In this document: one piece after another, positions 25,596 through 36,953 of the stretch
Position numbering within the stretch: the first letter of the stretch is position 1
Layout of the letters: each line of letters opens with the position of its first letter
NCBI RefSeq assembly: GCF_001194135.2
Contig: NC_068989.1
Span: forward strand, 2,037,473-2,075,287
Source of the DNA: Octopus bimaculoides
Lineage: Eukaryota
Direction of reading: 5' to 3'
Length of the DNA: 37,815 nt
Notes under the pieces: generated by a model
Told to the model about the DNA's origin: nothing
Database searches by the model: none
The model's input: only the letters and a program-made list of their open reading frames with translations
Made by a program: the position numbers and the translations under genes

Positions 25596-26113
25596 AACAA
25601 CATCAATTACAACAGCAACAACAACAGCAGCAGCAGCAGCAACAGCAACAACAACAACAACAACAACAACAACGAGTAAACGAAAACAAAATTCGTTCTG
25701 CTTTTTCTTTGAAGCAGAAATATTTCCTTTTTTTATTATTTTTCTCATTTCGTGTTTTTGTTTTTTTAGTATTTTTGCATTTTTTTTTCTGAAGACACAA
25801 TCAAATGTTTTGTATTACATTGTTGCTGTATTTCTTCTGTAGAGAGAAACTTAATAAACGAGTTATTATAAAACATATCAGAGGCGACGACTTATCAGAG
25901 GCGGTGGAGCGCAAAACTGAATACATTACACTCTTTGCTTTCGTTTAGTTTAACTACGAATCCAGTCAACTTTGTTTTTCTTCTTTCCGGGTTCGAAGAA
26001 CTATCAATCACGTCCATGGATCGATTCAATACGAGAATGTCAAAAGCATTCATAAGTTGTTCCTCTGAATGTATGCAGTGAATCGTCTTCTAGTATTACC
26101 ATGCACCTTTACA

Positions 26114-26181
<68 letters not shown>

Positions 26182-26704
26182 CACCCACGCTTATATTAAA
26201 AATATGATGAAGATGACTTGGTATGTTACTTTGCGGCAATATTACAGCTGTCTATGACGAGTGATATGGAGCGCGAATTATATTTTGTGTAAGCTGAAAC
26301 GGTGATTCAGGTGTAATTACAATTTGAAGCTTTTTTGCTTCATTTACTCCATGAGAGCGACAGGTGAATGTCACCCCTTCCTATTTTATATGCCCTCTAA
26401 AAATATAGAAAAAACAAAAAAAGACATAACAAAATATTTCTAAATGCGTAGATTAAGATGTAAGCACCCAGCAAATCGAATCCGCAACTCGGTCTCGTTT
26501 CTTAACTGACACAAATTCTTTTACTCATGAGAAGAAAAAAATAAAATAGCCTATCCGCCGGACACATTTGTTGACTGTGTTTAGTTATGGCTCTTTAAAT
26601 TCTGTGTTCAAATCCTACCAACATCGATTTCATCTTTCAGCTTGTTGAGAATAAAATATGTTCCTGATGAAAACAAGGTGTAGCCTTAAGCGTAAGGACA
26701 CACA

Positions 26705-26836
26705 CACACACACACACACACATACGACTGGTTTCCGCACAGTTTCCGTAAGAAAATTCACTTACAAGGCATTACTCAGTGGGACTGAAACCAAAATCAC
26801 CTGATTGCAAAGCGAGTTTGTTAACCACACAGCCAC
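26705..26836 (-). mobile_element. Degenerate family B SINE
   Basis: CAGTTTCCGT...CACTTACAAGGC...CAGTGGGACTGAAACC...AACCACACAGCCACGC. Confidence 0.55.
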
Positions 26837-27030
26837 GCGTTATTATCTTCTAAGAGTAGGTACCATTTCCTCTGGAAAAAGCTTTATAAGATAAGTCAAT
26901 AGTCTCTCGCGGAAACAGGGTTGACTTAGGCCGGATTTGAACTCAGAAACTTAAACGGAAGCATCTATGTACCGCTGGATATTTTGTCTACCAACCCATC
27001 TCCATCATTGTTTTTCTATCTATCTATCTT

Positions 27031-27102
<72 letters not shown>

Positions 27103-27188
27103 ATTCACACGCGCATATAACGTTTTTTTGACAGTTGAGCAAAATAAAGAACTATCTCGTTTATATGTTGTCGATGTTTCATTGACAG

Positions 27189-27332
27189 AAATACACAACT
27201 ATTTTGTCGTCACTGGATCTGATGTGTGATTATTTTGATCAAGACCCAGAACTCAAGCAAGGGTCACAATGTGGAGTTCGTTTGTTGGAAATGATTTCTG
27301 TGACCTTCAGCGACCTGGAAAGAGAAATACCA
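27189..27332 (+). CDS. Internal coding exon of the same gene (KYTTILSSLDLMCDYFDQDPELKQGSQCGVRLLEMISVTFSDLEREIP)
   Basis: Acceptor gtttcattgacag| and consensus donor CCA|GTAAGT. 144 nt, phase 0-0, stop-free, phase-compatible with the donor at 19138. Non-repetitive sequence that continues the Cys spacing. Confidence 0.8.
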
Positions 27333-27659
27333 GTAAGTAGCTTTGACNNNNNNNNNNNNNNNNNNNNNNNNNNNNNNNNNNNNNNNNNNNNNNNNNNNNN
27401 NNNNNNNNNNNNNNNNNNNNNNNNNNNNNNNNNNNNNNNNNNNNNNNNNNNNNNNNNNNNNNNNNNNNNNNNNNNNNNNNNNNNNNNNNNNNNNNNNNNN
27501 NNNNNNNNNNNNNNNNNNNNNNNNNNNNNNNNNNNNNNNNNNNNNNNNNNNNNNNNNNNNNNNNNNNNNNNNNNNNNNNNNNNNNNNNNNNNNNNNNNNN
27601 NNNNNNNNNNNNNNNNNNNNNNNNNNNNNNNTATATATATATATATTTATATGCTTTTA

Positions 27660-28125
27660 ATCTTTTATCTTTTTACTTGTTTCAGTCCTTAGACAGTGGT
27701 CTTCCAGCCGCCGTGGTACCGTGATTTGGTGTCCACAGCAACACATTACTCACAAATTCTTCTTTACTTCTCCAGCAGTGGCCAGCAAACCTCAATCTCC
27801 GCTCTTGGATGGTTGATGAGAAAGTTGGTACATTCCCATATAACCGTTATTTTGTTGGGTGCTCCCCCCAAGAGATGCTGAGCACTGCACGTAACATTTT
27901 GGTATAGGCACTGTCCAGCATGCACCCGAGTCTCTTGGTGAGGGTCCAAGTTGGAGATCCATAGACAAGTACAGGTTCAACAACTGCTCTGAAGAACTGT
28001 CTCTTCAATTTATTTGGTAGGGTTGACTTCCATATTGTTCGAAGACCATCTATAGCTGGCCAAGCCTTAGCAACGCGAGGTTTTATAACACAGCAATCCT
28101 TTGAATTTCTCCAACCATTTTAGAA
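27660..28125 (-). mobile_element. RTE-clade LINE ORF C-terminal relic
   Basis: Minus-strand translation AKAWPAIDGLRTIWKSTLPNKLKRQFFRAVVEPVLVYGSPTWTLTKRLGCMLDSAYTKMLRAVLSISWGEHPTK*RLYGNVP...ERRLRFAGHCWRSKEEFVSNVLLWTPNHG...GRP, typical post-RT RTE motifs. Confidence 0.8.
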
Positions 28126-28312
28126 ACGTTATTCTTATCAGCGGAAATTCTATGTTGTTGACATAAGAATTTTATAAACTTCCGAAAGAACTGGATCCAA
28201 TTCTGGTTTTAAACGTTAACTTTCGAAGAGTGCGCACGCATACATACACCCATACACATACACATACACACATATCCACCCGAGCCATCAATCGCAAGTG
28301 TGACTTGCTAGT

Positions 28313-28384
28313 AAAGATCATGCGGTCACTAATTACTTTGGGTGCCAAAGATCATGCGGCCACTAATTACTTTAGGTGCCAAAG
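28313..28384. repeat. 34-bp tandem duplication
   Basis: AAAGATCATGCGG(T/C)CACTAATTACTTT(G/A)GGTGCC at 28313 and 28347. Confidence 0.9.
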
Positions 28385-28454
28385 TTATCGTATGCAGACA
28401 CAGACCTCCGCTCGGCCTTCTCGTCCTTGATGCAACAGAATATTGCCGACATGA

Positions 28455-28860
28455 CATTTTTATGTATATAGTTTCATGTCTAGATGCATGCATATGTATT
28501 TATGTGCTAAATTTTTGGAAAGTTTTACATATCTTTATAATTCCATTGATGGCTTGAATCTGGAGTCTTCTAATCAGCCTTTTTCTTTCAGGTTTTGAGA
28601 ACCCTAATTTTTCCAGGTTATTGTTGAGGCAGTTCGTTACATATCCCAATGCCCCAGCAATCACGGGTATGAATCTGAACTTGTAGTCTGGGTGGAGTAT
28701 CTGCAAATTTCTCAGTAGCTCGGCGTAGTTGTTCTCTTTTTCTCTAATCTTTAGTGTGATGTTGACATCCGCAGGACAGCTGATTTCTACTACTGTACAC
28801 AGTTTCTTTTCTCTGTCCCAGATTACTATATCCGGTCTATTATGTCTGCATCTTATTGAG
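28455..28860 (-). mobile_element. R4-clade (RLE-type) non-LTR retrotransposon, 5'-truncated, joined to (CATA)n
   Basis: [65 protein letters not shown]...QKFST*: PD..(D/E)...K restriction-like endonuclease domain with P+++GALG motif. Confidence 0.8.
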
Positions 28861-28919
28861 GTTTGTATGTATGTATGTATGTATGTACGTACGTACGTAC
28901 GTATCTATCTATCTATCTT

Positions 28920-28974
<55 letters not shown>

Positions 28975-29216
28975 GTCTGTCTGTCTGTCTGTCTGTCTGC
29001 CTGTCTGTCTGTCTGTCTACNNNNNNNNNNNNNNNNNNNNNNNNNNNNNNNNNNNNNNNNNNNNNNNNNNNNNNNNNNNNNNNNNNNNNNNNNNNNNNNN
29101 NNNNNNNNNNNNNNNNNNNNNNNNNNNNNNNNNNNNNNNNNNNNNNNNNNNNNNNNNNNTTGTATGTATGTATGTATGTATGTACGTACGTACGTACGTA
29201 TCTATCTATCTATCTT

Positions 29217-29271
<55 letters not shown>

Positions 29272-29774
29272 GTCTGTCTGTCTGTCTGTCTGTCTGCCTG
29301 TCTGTCTGTCTGTCTACACATATATACAAAATAATTGCTTAAAAAATAAAACTGACAATCATCTTTATGCAAAAACAGCTGATAACGTGTACAATAAACA
29401 TAGTTCAGTTATATTACTGTAATCGAGGCTAAAGTAATGTAAAAAAAATCTTTCAAATCATATTAAAACAAAATGCTAAACTACATACGATATTATATTA
29501 CTTAAAATATTTTATTTGAAAATAAATCTCGACGTGGTTATTACATTTAGTTAAGTCTACATTATTATTTAATTGTATTACAGTCTTTCCACCGTTCACA
29601 ATAGATAATAACACACATTTTGTCTTTCTTTCGATACTATCATAATGTAGGCTTTTGAATTTATTGCAATCGTTATTTATGTAGTTTTTGAGTATTTCAT
29701 GTATTTTTCTATGTAATTATATATATATATATATATGTATGTATATACATACATATATATATAAAGGTAAGCAA

Positions 29775-30490
29775 CGTTTTGAAACATGAAATTCATCACA
29801 ATATATTTCAACAATGCGGAAATTTTATTTATCAAAGTACGTACCATTACAATCAACACATTTTTGCCAACGAATTACAAATTTGTTTATTCTAGTAACA
29901 TAAAAATCTGGAGTCCTGGAGATGATGAACTTTTTGAATGTACTTTCAGCATCGGTTTGATTTTTGAACTCCTTCTCTCACAGGAAACCATCAAGGTGCT
30001 TGGAAAAGTTGTAGTCGGTAGGAGAGAGGTCTGGGGAATAAGCTGGATGGGGAAGAACTTCGTAGCCAAGTTCCCTCAACTTCTGGAGTGTCATTAGTGA
30101 AATATGAGGTTGAGCATTGTCATGAAGAATGATTAGCCCTCTTCTGTTGACCAGTCTTGGACGGAAGAGTAGCGGTTTTTTATTCATTTTGGCAATTTCT
30201 TGGCAATATGTTTCTGCAGTAATAGTTTTTCCTGGTTTTAAGAAGTTATAGTGGATGAGTCCAGTCGTACACCACCAAAAAGTCGCCATAACCTTCTGTT
30301 TAAAGAGATCAGGTTTAGGGAAGGTTTTCAGTGCTTCATTTTGGTCCAACCACTGCAAAGTATTTTTTATATATTATTGTACAGAATCCACTTTTCATCG
30401 ATCTGGTAGAAAGAGCACTCAAATTACACAGAAATTGCACTCTAGCGCGCTAGATCGTGTGGTTTTAGATACACTATGTGCGAATAGTGA
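29775..30490 (-). mobile_element. mariner (DD34D) transposase pseudogene
   Basis: DEKWILYNN, QKVMATFWW (WVPHEL-downstream block), ILHDNAQPH, HPAYSPDLSPTDY; 34 residues between the 2nd and 3rd catalytic Asp. Stops and frameshifts are present. Confidence 0.9.
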
Positions 30491-30948
30491 GACGGGATGG
30501 TCACGGCTGAAATGCTTTTGACAATCTTTTGCTTGGATCAGCTATTGCTGATCAGTGTATGAACAGCAACAACAACAACAACAGCAACAACATCAACAGC
30601 AATATCAACCACAACACTAACAGCAACGATAACAAAGCAATTAAAAGTGCACCAAGTTCAACATCAACGACAACAATAACAAGAACGATAATTAGCCACG
30701 TCAACATTAATAGCAGCAACAATGTTATTAAGTTATTTTATTTTGAAAGCTAATTAATAAAATGTGTTTTCAATGATCCATTTAGTAAATATTCTGTTCT
30801 TCACAACAGCAGGCGCAAGAGGTTGACCAGTGTAATAGCCGGACCGGTTTGGTAAGTATTTCGTTTCATTCATCATAGAAGTACAAAACGATAAAAATAA
30901 ATTCGTAAACATCTGGTCGTGTTAAAATTATTATTAATATTATTATTA

Positions 30949-31141
30949 AGGCGGCGAGTCATTAGCAGGCCAGGCAAAATGCTGCGAAGCATTTTACCCA
31001 TCATTACGCTCTGAGTTCAGATTCCGCCGATGTCGATCGTCTTTCGTCTTTTCGGGGTCGATAAACTAAGTGCCAGTGAGATCAATGCAATCGACCTAGC
31101 TCGCCTCTAAAATTGCTGGTCTTGTGCCAAAATTTGATACC
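30949..31141 (+). mobile_element. Family A SINE
   Basis: GGCGGCGAG...CTCTGAGTTCAGATTCCGCCGATGTCGA...TTCGGGGTCGATAAACTAAGTGCCAG...CTTGTGCCAAAATTTGATACC. Confidence 0.75.
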
Positions 31142-31144
31142 ATT

Positions 31145-31513
31145 ATTACCTCCGCCTTAACGAAGGCGGAGGTATCGTTTTCAGTTGTATTGGTTTGTTT
31201 GTTTGTCTGTGGACAAGATATCTCAAGAACCTCTGGATGGATTCGGATGAAACTTCCAGGAATGTTTGGCCTTGTGACTAACACGAACTGATTTGGGGAT
31301 CAACCTGGTTCTGGACAAGATTTCTGGATTACTTTTCTTGTTTTTTTTTTACTTAATTTTTGAGAGCGATCGGGTTCATTGTTAGTATTCTCGTTTGTGA
31401 GAAAAGTTAAGATTATTTCAGATATTTTCATTTTAAAAATCATCTCTGGCCAATCGTTGAGAGGACATTGGTGCTGCCTTGGCGGAGCTTTGTGCTGTCT
31501 GAGTGTTCTTGTT
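31145..31513 (+). mobile_element. DINE-1/HINE-like non-autonomous Helentron
   Basis: 5' 12-bp hairpin TACCTCCGCCTT/AAGGCGGAGGTA (31147-31174), (GTTT)n-GTCT microsatellite, subterminal inverted repeat TTGGCGGAG (~31479-87), and T-rich flanks. Confidence 0.7.
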
Positions 31514-31717
31514 ATTATTTATATTTTATCTTTATAATAGGTTTTGTTGGAACGGGCTTGCGTAGCGGGCTTGCTACCTGCAGCTTTCGGTACCACGCTA
31601 TTCACTCTTTTTAGATAATACTTACCTGTTTATTCTGGCCGTGCCAAGGAGGTAAACCTTTCGTAGCAGTTCTGCTGGGAGCTCTATTCCAATTTCATTT
31701 ATATTCCTATTATAATT

Positions 31718-32205
31718 GCCGAGCGAGAGAGCAGTGCATGCCATGAAAGTGACACTGGGCTAAAATATACGAAGCCCAGTATACCCGCCATGACCAGCGT
31801 CTGATAAGGATACACCAGGCACATGCAGGTGGGGACCAGCTAGAGAATTTTCTTCAGGTCGAGTAGCCTATCTCGTTCAAAAGGTCCCTGAAATAGGGTT
31901 GTTTAAGGATATTGAACAAAACAGCCATGTTTCCAAAGGTGAATTATTCAAATCCCAAAGAATTCCTCTCAACACATGGCTATGATGCTCCCCCGCTACT
32001 TCTGCTCATGATCAGAGATGTACATATCGTCAGCCACTAAGGGACATACTCAACTGGTTACGGTCAACTGACAAGCAAATCTGTGGTATTGAGCAGAATA
32101 TTTGCTGTAACCCTTCTTTTGTACCAAGACAAAACAATGTATATAATAACACTTCCAATTAGTTAAGATGAAAAACCATGAGTGCCACTTCCTAGTACTG
32201 CATCA
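31718..32205. repeat. Unclassified interspersed repeat ending at (ATT)n
   Basis: GC-richer block (GAGCAGTGCATGCCAT...GTGACACTGGG...CTGATAAGG.TACACCAGGCAC) that I recognise as an abundant octopus-type repeat. No second copy in the window and no ORF. Confidence 0.4.
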
Positions 32206-32209
32206 TAGC

Positions 32210-32279
<70 letters not shown>

Positions 32280-32912
32280 GATTGAATTGTTAGATTGAAT
32301 TGTTATAATCTTAAAAATTCCGTGTTGAACAGTATCTCTTAAACTGATTGATTTTTGGCAACATATTGTGCAAAAGAAAATAAAAGGATAAATAAAACAC
32401 AATAAAAAAAAGAAACCTTTTAAAACAAGCCCCCGCCCAACACCGTCTAGTTTTCTCGTCTCTTCTTGTTTATTTAAATTTTTAAACATTATCTTGCGAT
32501 GATCTTGATCGAATCATTTCTTTCAACACGGCTGTTAAGTAAATGTTCCACAATGGCAATCCCAGGCATAGAATGACGTCGTAACTATATTGTACATTGT
32601 ATGTTTTGTTTGGTAACATTAATAACTGCACAGTTAGAGTCACACAGCTTGCTTAGTGGAGGCGGAAGAAAAGGAGAGTGAGGGAATGGTGGTGGTGGTG
32701 TGTGTGTGTGTGTAAGTGAACGAATGTAAGTGTATGAGTGTGTGTATGGACTGAGTAGGTGGGAGATCGGTAGTTTTATGTCCTACCACTCCAAGATCAC
32801 CTTATCTTATCTTTTCTATTCTATTACTGCGTTATTTAACGCCTGAAGACAAATAACACCCCCCCCCCACTAAGTTCAGCTCGAAAACAGGTGTTAATAT
32901 AGCAATGGAGGA

Positions 32913-33127
32913 AAGTGGTGAGCTGACAGAATCGTTCATACGCCTGATAACATGCTTAGCGGCGTTTCGTCCGTCTTTACGTTCTGAGTTCAAATGCTGC
33001 AGAGGTCGACTTTGCTTTTTATCCTTTCAAGGTCGATAAAATAAGGATTCTTTGAGCGCTGGGGTCAATGTAATCGACTTACCCACCACCTCTGAAATTT
33101 CTGGCCTTGTGTCAAAAATTGAAACCA
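32913..33127 (+). mobile_element. Family A SINE
   Basis: GTGGTGAGCTGACAGAATCGTT...GTTCTGAGTTCAAATGC..AGAGGTCGACTTTGC...GGCCTTGTGTCAAAAATTGAAACC. Confidence 0.85.
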
Positions 33128-33648
33128 ATATATAACTGGAGGGGTTGCATGCTCGAACAATAGGTTATCAGGTGTGGGCGCTGACTAACCCTCGACGTCT
33201 TCGATTAGTTAATAAAGGAAATTCGAAGACAAATTATTAACGCAGTGGAAATATTGCATTTAATAATAAACCAACAAAAGAGACCCTTCCTGGTGGCTCG
33301 ATCTACTTCAAATAGTAGTCAAATCTCCCTCAAATCACACTCTACCATGCATCTTAAAAAGAAAGGGGAAGGTTACTAGGCCAGAGTACCTTTAGAGAAA
33401 GTTTACTCGGTCAGGTAAAACACCAGCAGCAACAGCAGCAGCCCCCCAACCAACCCCCCCACCCCCACCACCAACAACAACAGCAATAGCAGCAGGTAGT
33501 TAGTTGTCGATGTGCGGTCAGAANNNNNNNNNNAAATCCAATCTTATATGTAGGACACCGTGTATCTAGAAGTGCATTTCCAAATGTGCCCTTTTCAAAC
33601 GGTCGGGGGCCCCTGGATGGTTCAGTGTGTACACCAGTATTATATTAT

Positions 33649-33862
33649 TTTCTACTCTAAGCACAAGGCCCGAAATTTTTGGGGGAGGGGGGCCAGTCGA
33701 TTAGATCGACTCCAGTACGCAACTGGTACTTAATTTATCGACCCCGAAAGGATGAAATGCATAGTCGACCTCGGTGGAATTTGAACTCAGAACGTAAAGA
33801 CAGACGAAATGCCGCTAAGCATTTCGCCCGGCGTGCTAACGATTCTGCCAGCTCACCACCTT
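33649..33862 (-). mobile_element. Family A SINE (best-preserved copy)
   Basis: Intact tRNA-like A/B-box head and full body. Confidence 0.9.
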
Positions 33863-34088
33863 ATCCAGTGTTACATTGGGAGTAAATGCAGTCTACTATA
33901 CTCTGTCTCCCGAAAATGTGCTATGGACCCCTTTGATCCCTATTTTAATCTAATGGACCCTCATAGCCATTCGATGTTAAGAAAAAAGTCCTCTTATGTT
34001 TTAATAATTAAATATTATTAGAAATTGAATTTAGAAAAATTGTTAAAATATTTTGTGCCTTGTAGAAGAATAATACATTTATTGCGCA

Positions 34089-34260
34089 TAGGCACAGGCG
34101 TGGGTGTGTGGTAAGAAGCCTGCTTCCCAAATACATCATGTTGCCGGGTTCAGTCCCACTGCGTGGCACCTTGGGCAAGTGTCTTCTACTATAACCTCGG
34201 GCCGACTAAAGACTCGTGAGAGGATTTGGTAGACGGAAACTGAAAGAAGTCCGTCGTATA
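34089..34260 (+). mobile_element. Family B SINE running into (TA)n and a gap
   Basis: GGCACAGGCGTGGGTGTGTGGTAAGAAGC...GGGTTCAGTCCCACTGCGTGGCACCTTGGGCAAGTGTCTTCTACTAT...GGTAGACGGAAACTGAAAGAAG. Confidence 0.85.
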
Positions 34261-34549
34261 TATGTATATATATATATATATATATNNNNNNNNNNNNNNN
34301 NNNNNNNNNNNNNNNNNNNNNNNNNNNNNNNNNNNNNNNNNNNNNNNNNNNNNNNNNNNNNNNNNNNNNNNNNNNNNNNNNNNNNNNNNNNNNNNNNNNN
34401 NNNNNNNNNNNNNNNNNNNNNNNNNNNNNNNNNNNNNNNNNNNNNNNNNNNNNNNNNNNNNNNNNNNNNNNNNNNNNNNNNNNNGAGGTACTAGGCTTTC
34501 AAAAAATACAGATAGAAAATATGAGAAATAGATAGATAGATAGATAGAT

Positions 34550-34580
<31 letters not shown>

Positions 34581-34689
34581 CAAAAATATATAAATTACAA
34601 TTTATTAATTGAAAACAACTGCTATAAACATTTTCATTCTCCTCATACACATGGAAGAAATTTGCTCACACATACCAGAGAGAGTGAGT

Positions 34690-34734
<45 letters not shown>

Positions 34735-35404
34735 TGAGAGAGAGAGAACGACCGAAACATTAAAACGTCTTATGTCAAATAAGTCAACATCAAATCAACG
34801 ACACGAAAACGACGGCGCCAAGGCGTCTCGTACACTTCCAGCCATGAATATTCCATATTAATTGCAGACAATGAATCTAGAAATACATGGTTCAAGATGT
34901 CCTCCCTTTTTATGATAGCAAGCTGTGGGAATTTAGCACAGGTTCGCCCATATCAGTGTTATATTTGAAAGGAGAATGCGGCGGTATCGAAACTGAGACC
35001 TGGTCTCCACAAGCCACAAGCAGCGTGTTTTGAAATGAAGATTGATTTATTTCGATTAAATACAGAAACTAACGTACACAAAACATAAAGACCTTGATAA
35101 ATATATGTTGAAAAGCTAGTTACCAAGTCTAACAAACTAAATGTCAGTGACATATCAATTTGAGTAACATCCGGTAAATATTAGTTGATCAAATAAAAGC
35201 TTCTTTGTCAGGAGTGATTTATAGGATAAGCTTTCAAGATCGGGGCTGCTCACATCATTAACTTTGTAATCTATTATTTCTGTCATTTCAGTTTTCAATA
35301 GTTTTCAGGTACTTTATTTCTATATTAAAAGTAAAACGACAGACAAATAGACGGATAAACAGACAGACATTCAAGCTCATACATACATACATACATACAT
35401 ACAT

Positions 35405-35556
35405 GATGGCCGTCCACTCGTGACCGAGGAAGACCATTGCCGACCTTCAGGAACATTGTGCGCTCTAGGACTAACTTATATTTTGCATTTGCGGCTCCGT
35501 TGGTGGCTAATGAGCCCTGCTCTTGGCAAGCATACACGACTGCAAACATTGCAGAC
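35405..35556 (-). mobile_element. RTE-clade LINE extreme 3' end (C2H2-like finger plus UTR) embedded in (CATA)n
   Basis: Minus-strand VCNVCSRVCLPRAGLISHQRSRKCKI* (C..C.R.C....GL.SH.R motif), with (CATA)n on both sides. Confidence 0.6.
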
Positions 35557-35596
35557 CATACATACATACATACATACATACATACATACATACATA

Positions 35597-36025
35597 CATA
35601 CCTGTGATTTTTGGGGCCCTGGGATATGTAACATATTGCCTAAATACAAATCTTGAGAAATTAGGCTTTTCAGAACCAGAAAGGAGAAAGCTAATTCGAA
35701 GACTACAAATCCAATCTATCACTGGAACTGTAAAAATCTGTAAAACTTTCCAGAAGTTTATCATTTAAATATATATGAGCTTGTCTAGATATGCAACTAT
35801 ATGCATGAGAATACATGCGTAAAACAAAACATACAAATCTGCACACATACATACATACATACATACATACATACATACATACATACATACATACATACGT
35901 ACGTACGTACAAAAATACTCTGCTGCTGATGTTGAAATTCCAATGAAGGAGCCATGGATCTAGGTTAGAAACCGATTCTTTCACTATTGGCAGGAAATTT
36001 TGAAATAAACTGAATAATGACATGC
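35597..36025 (+). mobile_element. Second copy of the (CATA)n-associated R4-clade element, 5'-truncated
   Basis: IPVIFGALGYVTYCLNTNLEKLGFSEPERRKLIRRLQIQSITGTVKICKTFQKFII* aligns with the 28455-28860 copy, and the 3' UTRs also align. The extension beyond 35845 is less certain. Confidence 0.8.
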
Positions 36026-36419
36026 ACACATTAAGGAGGATACGAAAACAAATATTTGTGAGAATGGAATTAAAATGTCATCATTAAACCGATGTTCTGC
36101 ATTTACATTAATACAACTACTTATCTATCTGCCTGTATACTTTTATATCAACTTTCATATCCATAAAGCCTTTATATACTTTTAATCTTTTACATCAAAG
36201 AACCTTCAAAACTTTTATGTCCATAAATCTATTACAGAAAACCAAACCCTCTCACACCTTCTTGTAGTCTGCTACTATTATTTTGTTTTATTTTGTTTTA
36301 TTCCATATAAAAAGGGACAAAGTATGATGCGGGCTGTTGGTTACTTGAAACGTAAAAGCATCATATCCGGATTGTGGGTCTTAGGGCTGTTATAAAACAA
36401 CTCACGAAATTCATGGAAG

Positions 36420-36537
36420 AAATCACCCAAGTTAAACGCAGGGAAAACTGATATTTAGCTCATTGGAATTGTCCTTGACCCAAAATGCGCCATCTCGATA
36501 GACAGTTACAAAAGCAGCTTGTACAATGCTGGAATAT
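36420..36537 (+). mobile_element. Possible LINE RT C-terminal relic
   Basis: Frameshifted GIVLDPK...VTKAACTMLEY resembles YLG++LD.KL....V..KA..ML of CR1/Jockey-type RTs; runs into a gap. Confidence 0.35.
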
Positions 36538-36885
36538 NNNNNNNNNNNNNNNNNNNNNNNNNNNNNNNNNNNNNNNNNNNNNNNNNNNNNNNNNNNNNNN
36601 NNNNNNNNNNNNNNNNNNNNNNNNNNNNNNNNNNNNNNNNNNNNNNNNNNNNNNNNNNNNNNNNNNNNNNNNNNNNNNNNNNNNNNNNNNNNNNNNNNNN
36701 NNNNNNNNNNNNNNNNNNNNNNNNNNNNNNNNNNNNNNNNNNNNNNNNNNNNNNNNNNNNNNNNNNNNNNNNNNNNNNNNNNNNNNNNNNNNNNNNNNNN
36801 NNNNNNNNNNNNNNNNNNNNNNNNNNNNNNNNNNNNNNNNNNNNNNNNTATATATATGTTTATATATAATTTTATTCTGTTTCAG

Positions 36886-36953
36886 ATGCAGTCCGGCTTT
36901 CGTTGTCTGATGAACAGTTGCAATGTTCTAGATAGGATAACTACCTTCTGGCG
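36886..36953 (+). CDS. Probable further exon of the same gene (MQSGFRCLMNSCNVLDRITTFW-R)
   Basis: Strong acceptor ttttattctgtttcag|, phase 0 open with a C-x4-C pair. It ends either at donor CG|GTAACT (phase 2) or at the stop TAA 36955-36957 if terminal. Exons hidden in intervening gaps cannot be excluded. Confidence 0.55.

Noticed and set aside
28862-29318. Identical ~159-bp compound microsatellite on both sides of the 29021-29159 gap
   Set aside because: An exact duplication across a gap is the usual sign of unmerged overlapping contig ends, so it is an assembly artefact.
31618-31628. ATACTTACCTG, identical to the U1 snRNA 5' end
   Set aside because: The match stops after 11 nt; no U1 stem-loops or Sm site follow.
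33790-33862. tRNA-like A/B boxes (also in other SINE copies)
   Set aside because: These are SINE heads continuing into SINE bodies; no cloverleaf with an acceptor stem, so no tRNA genes are called.
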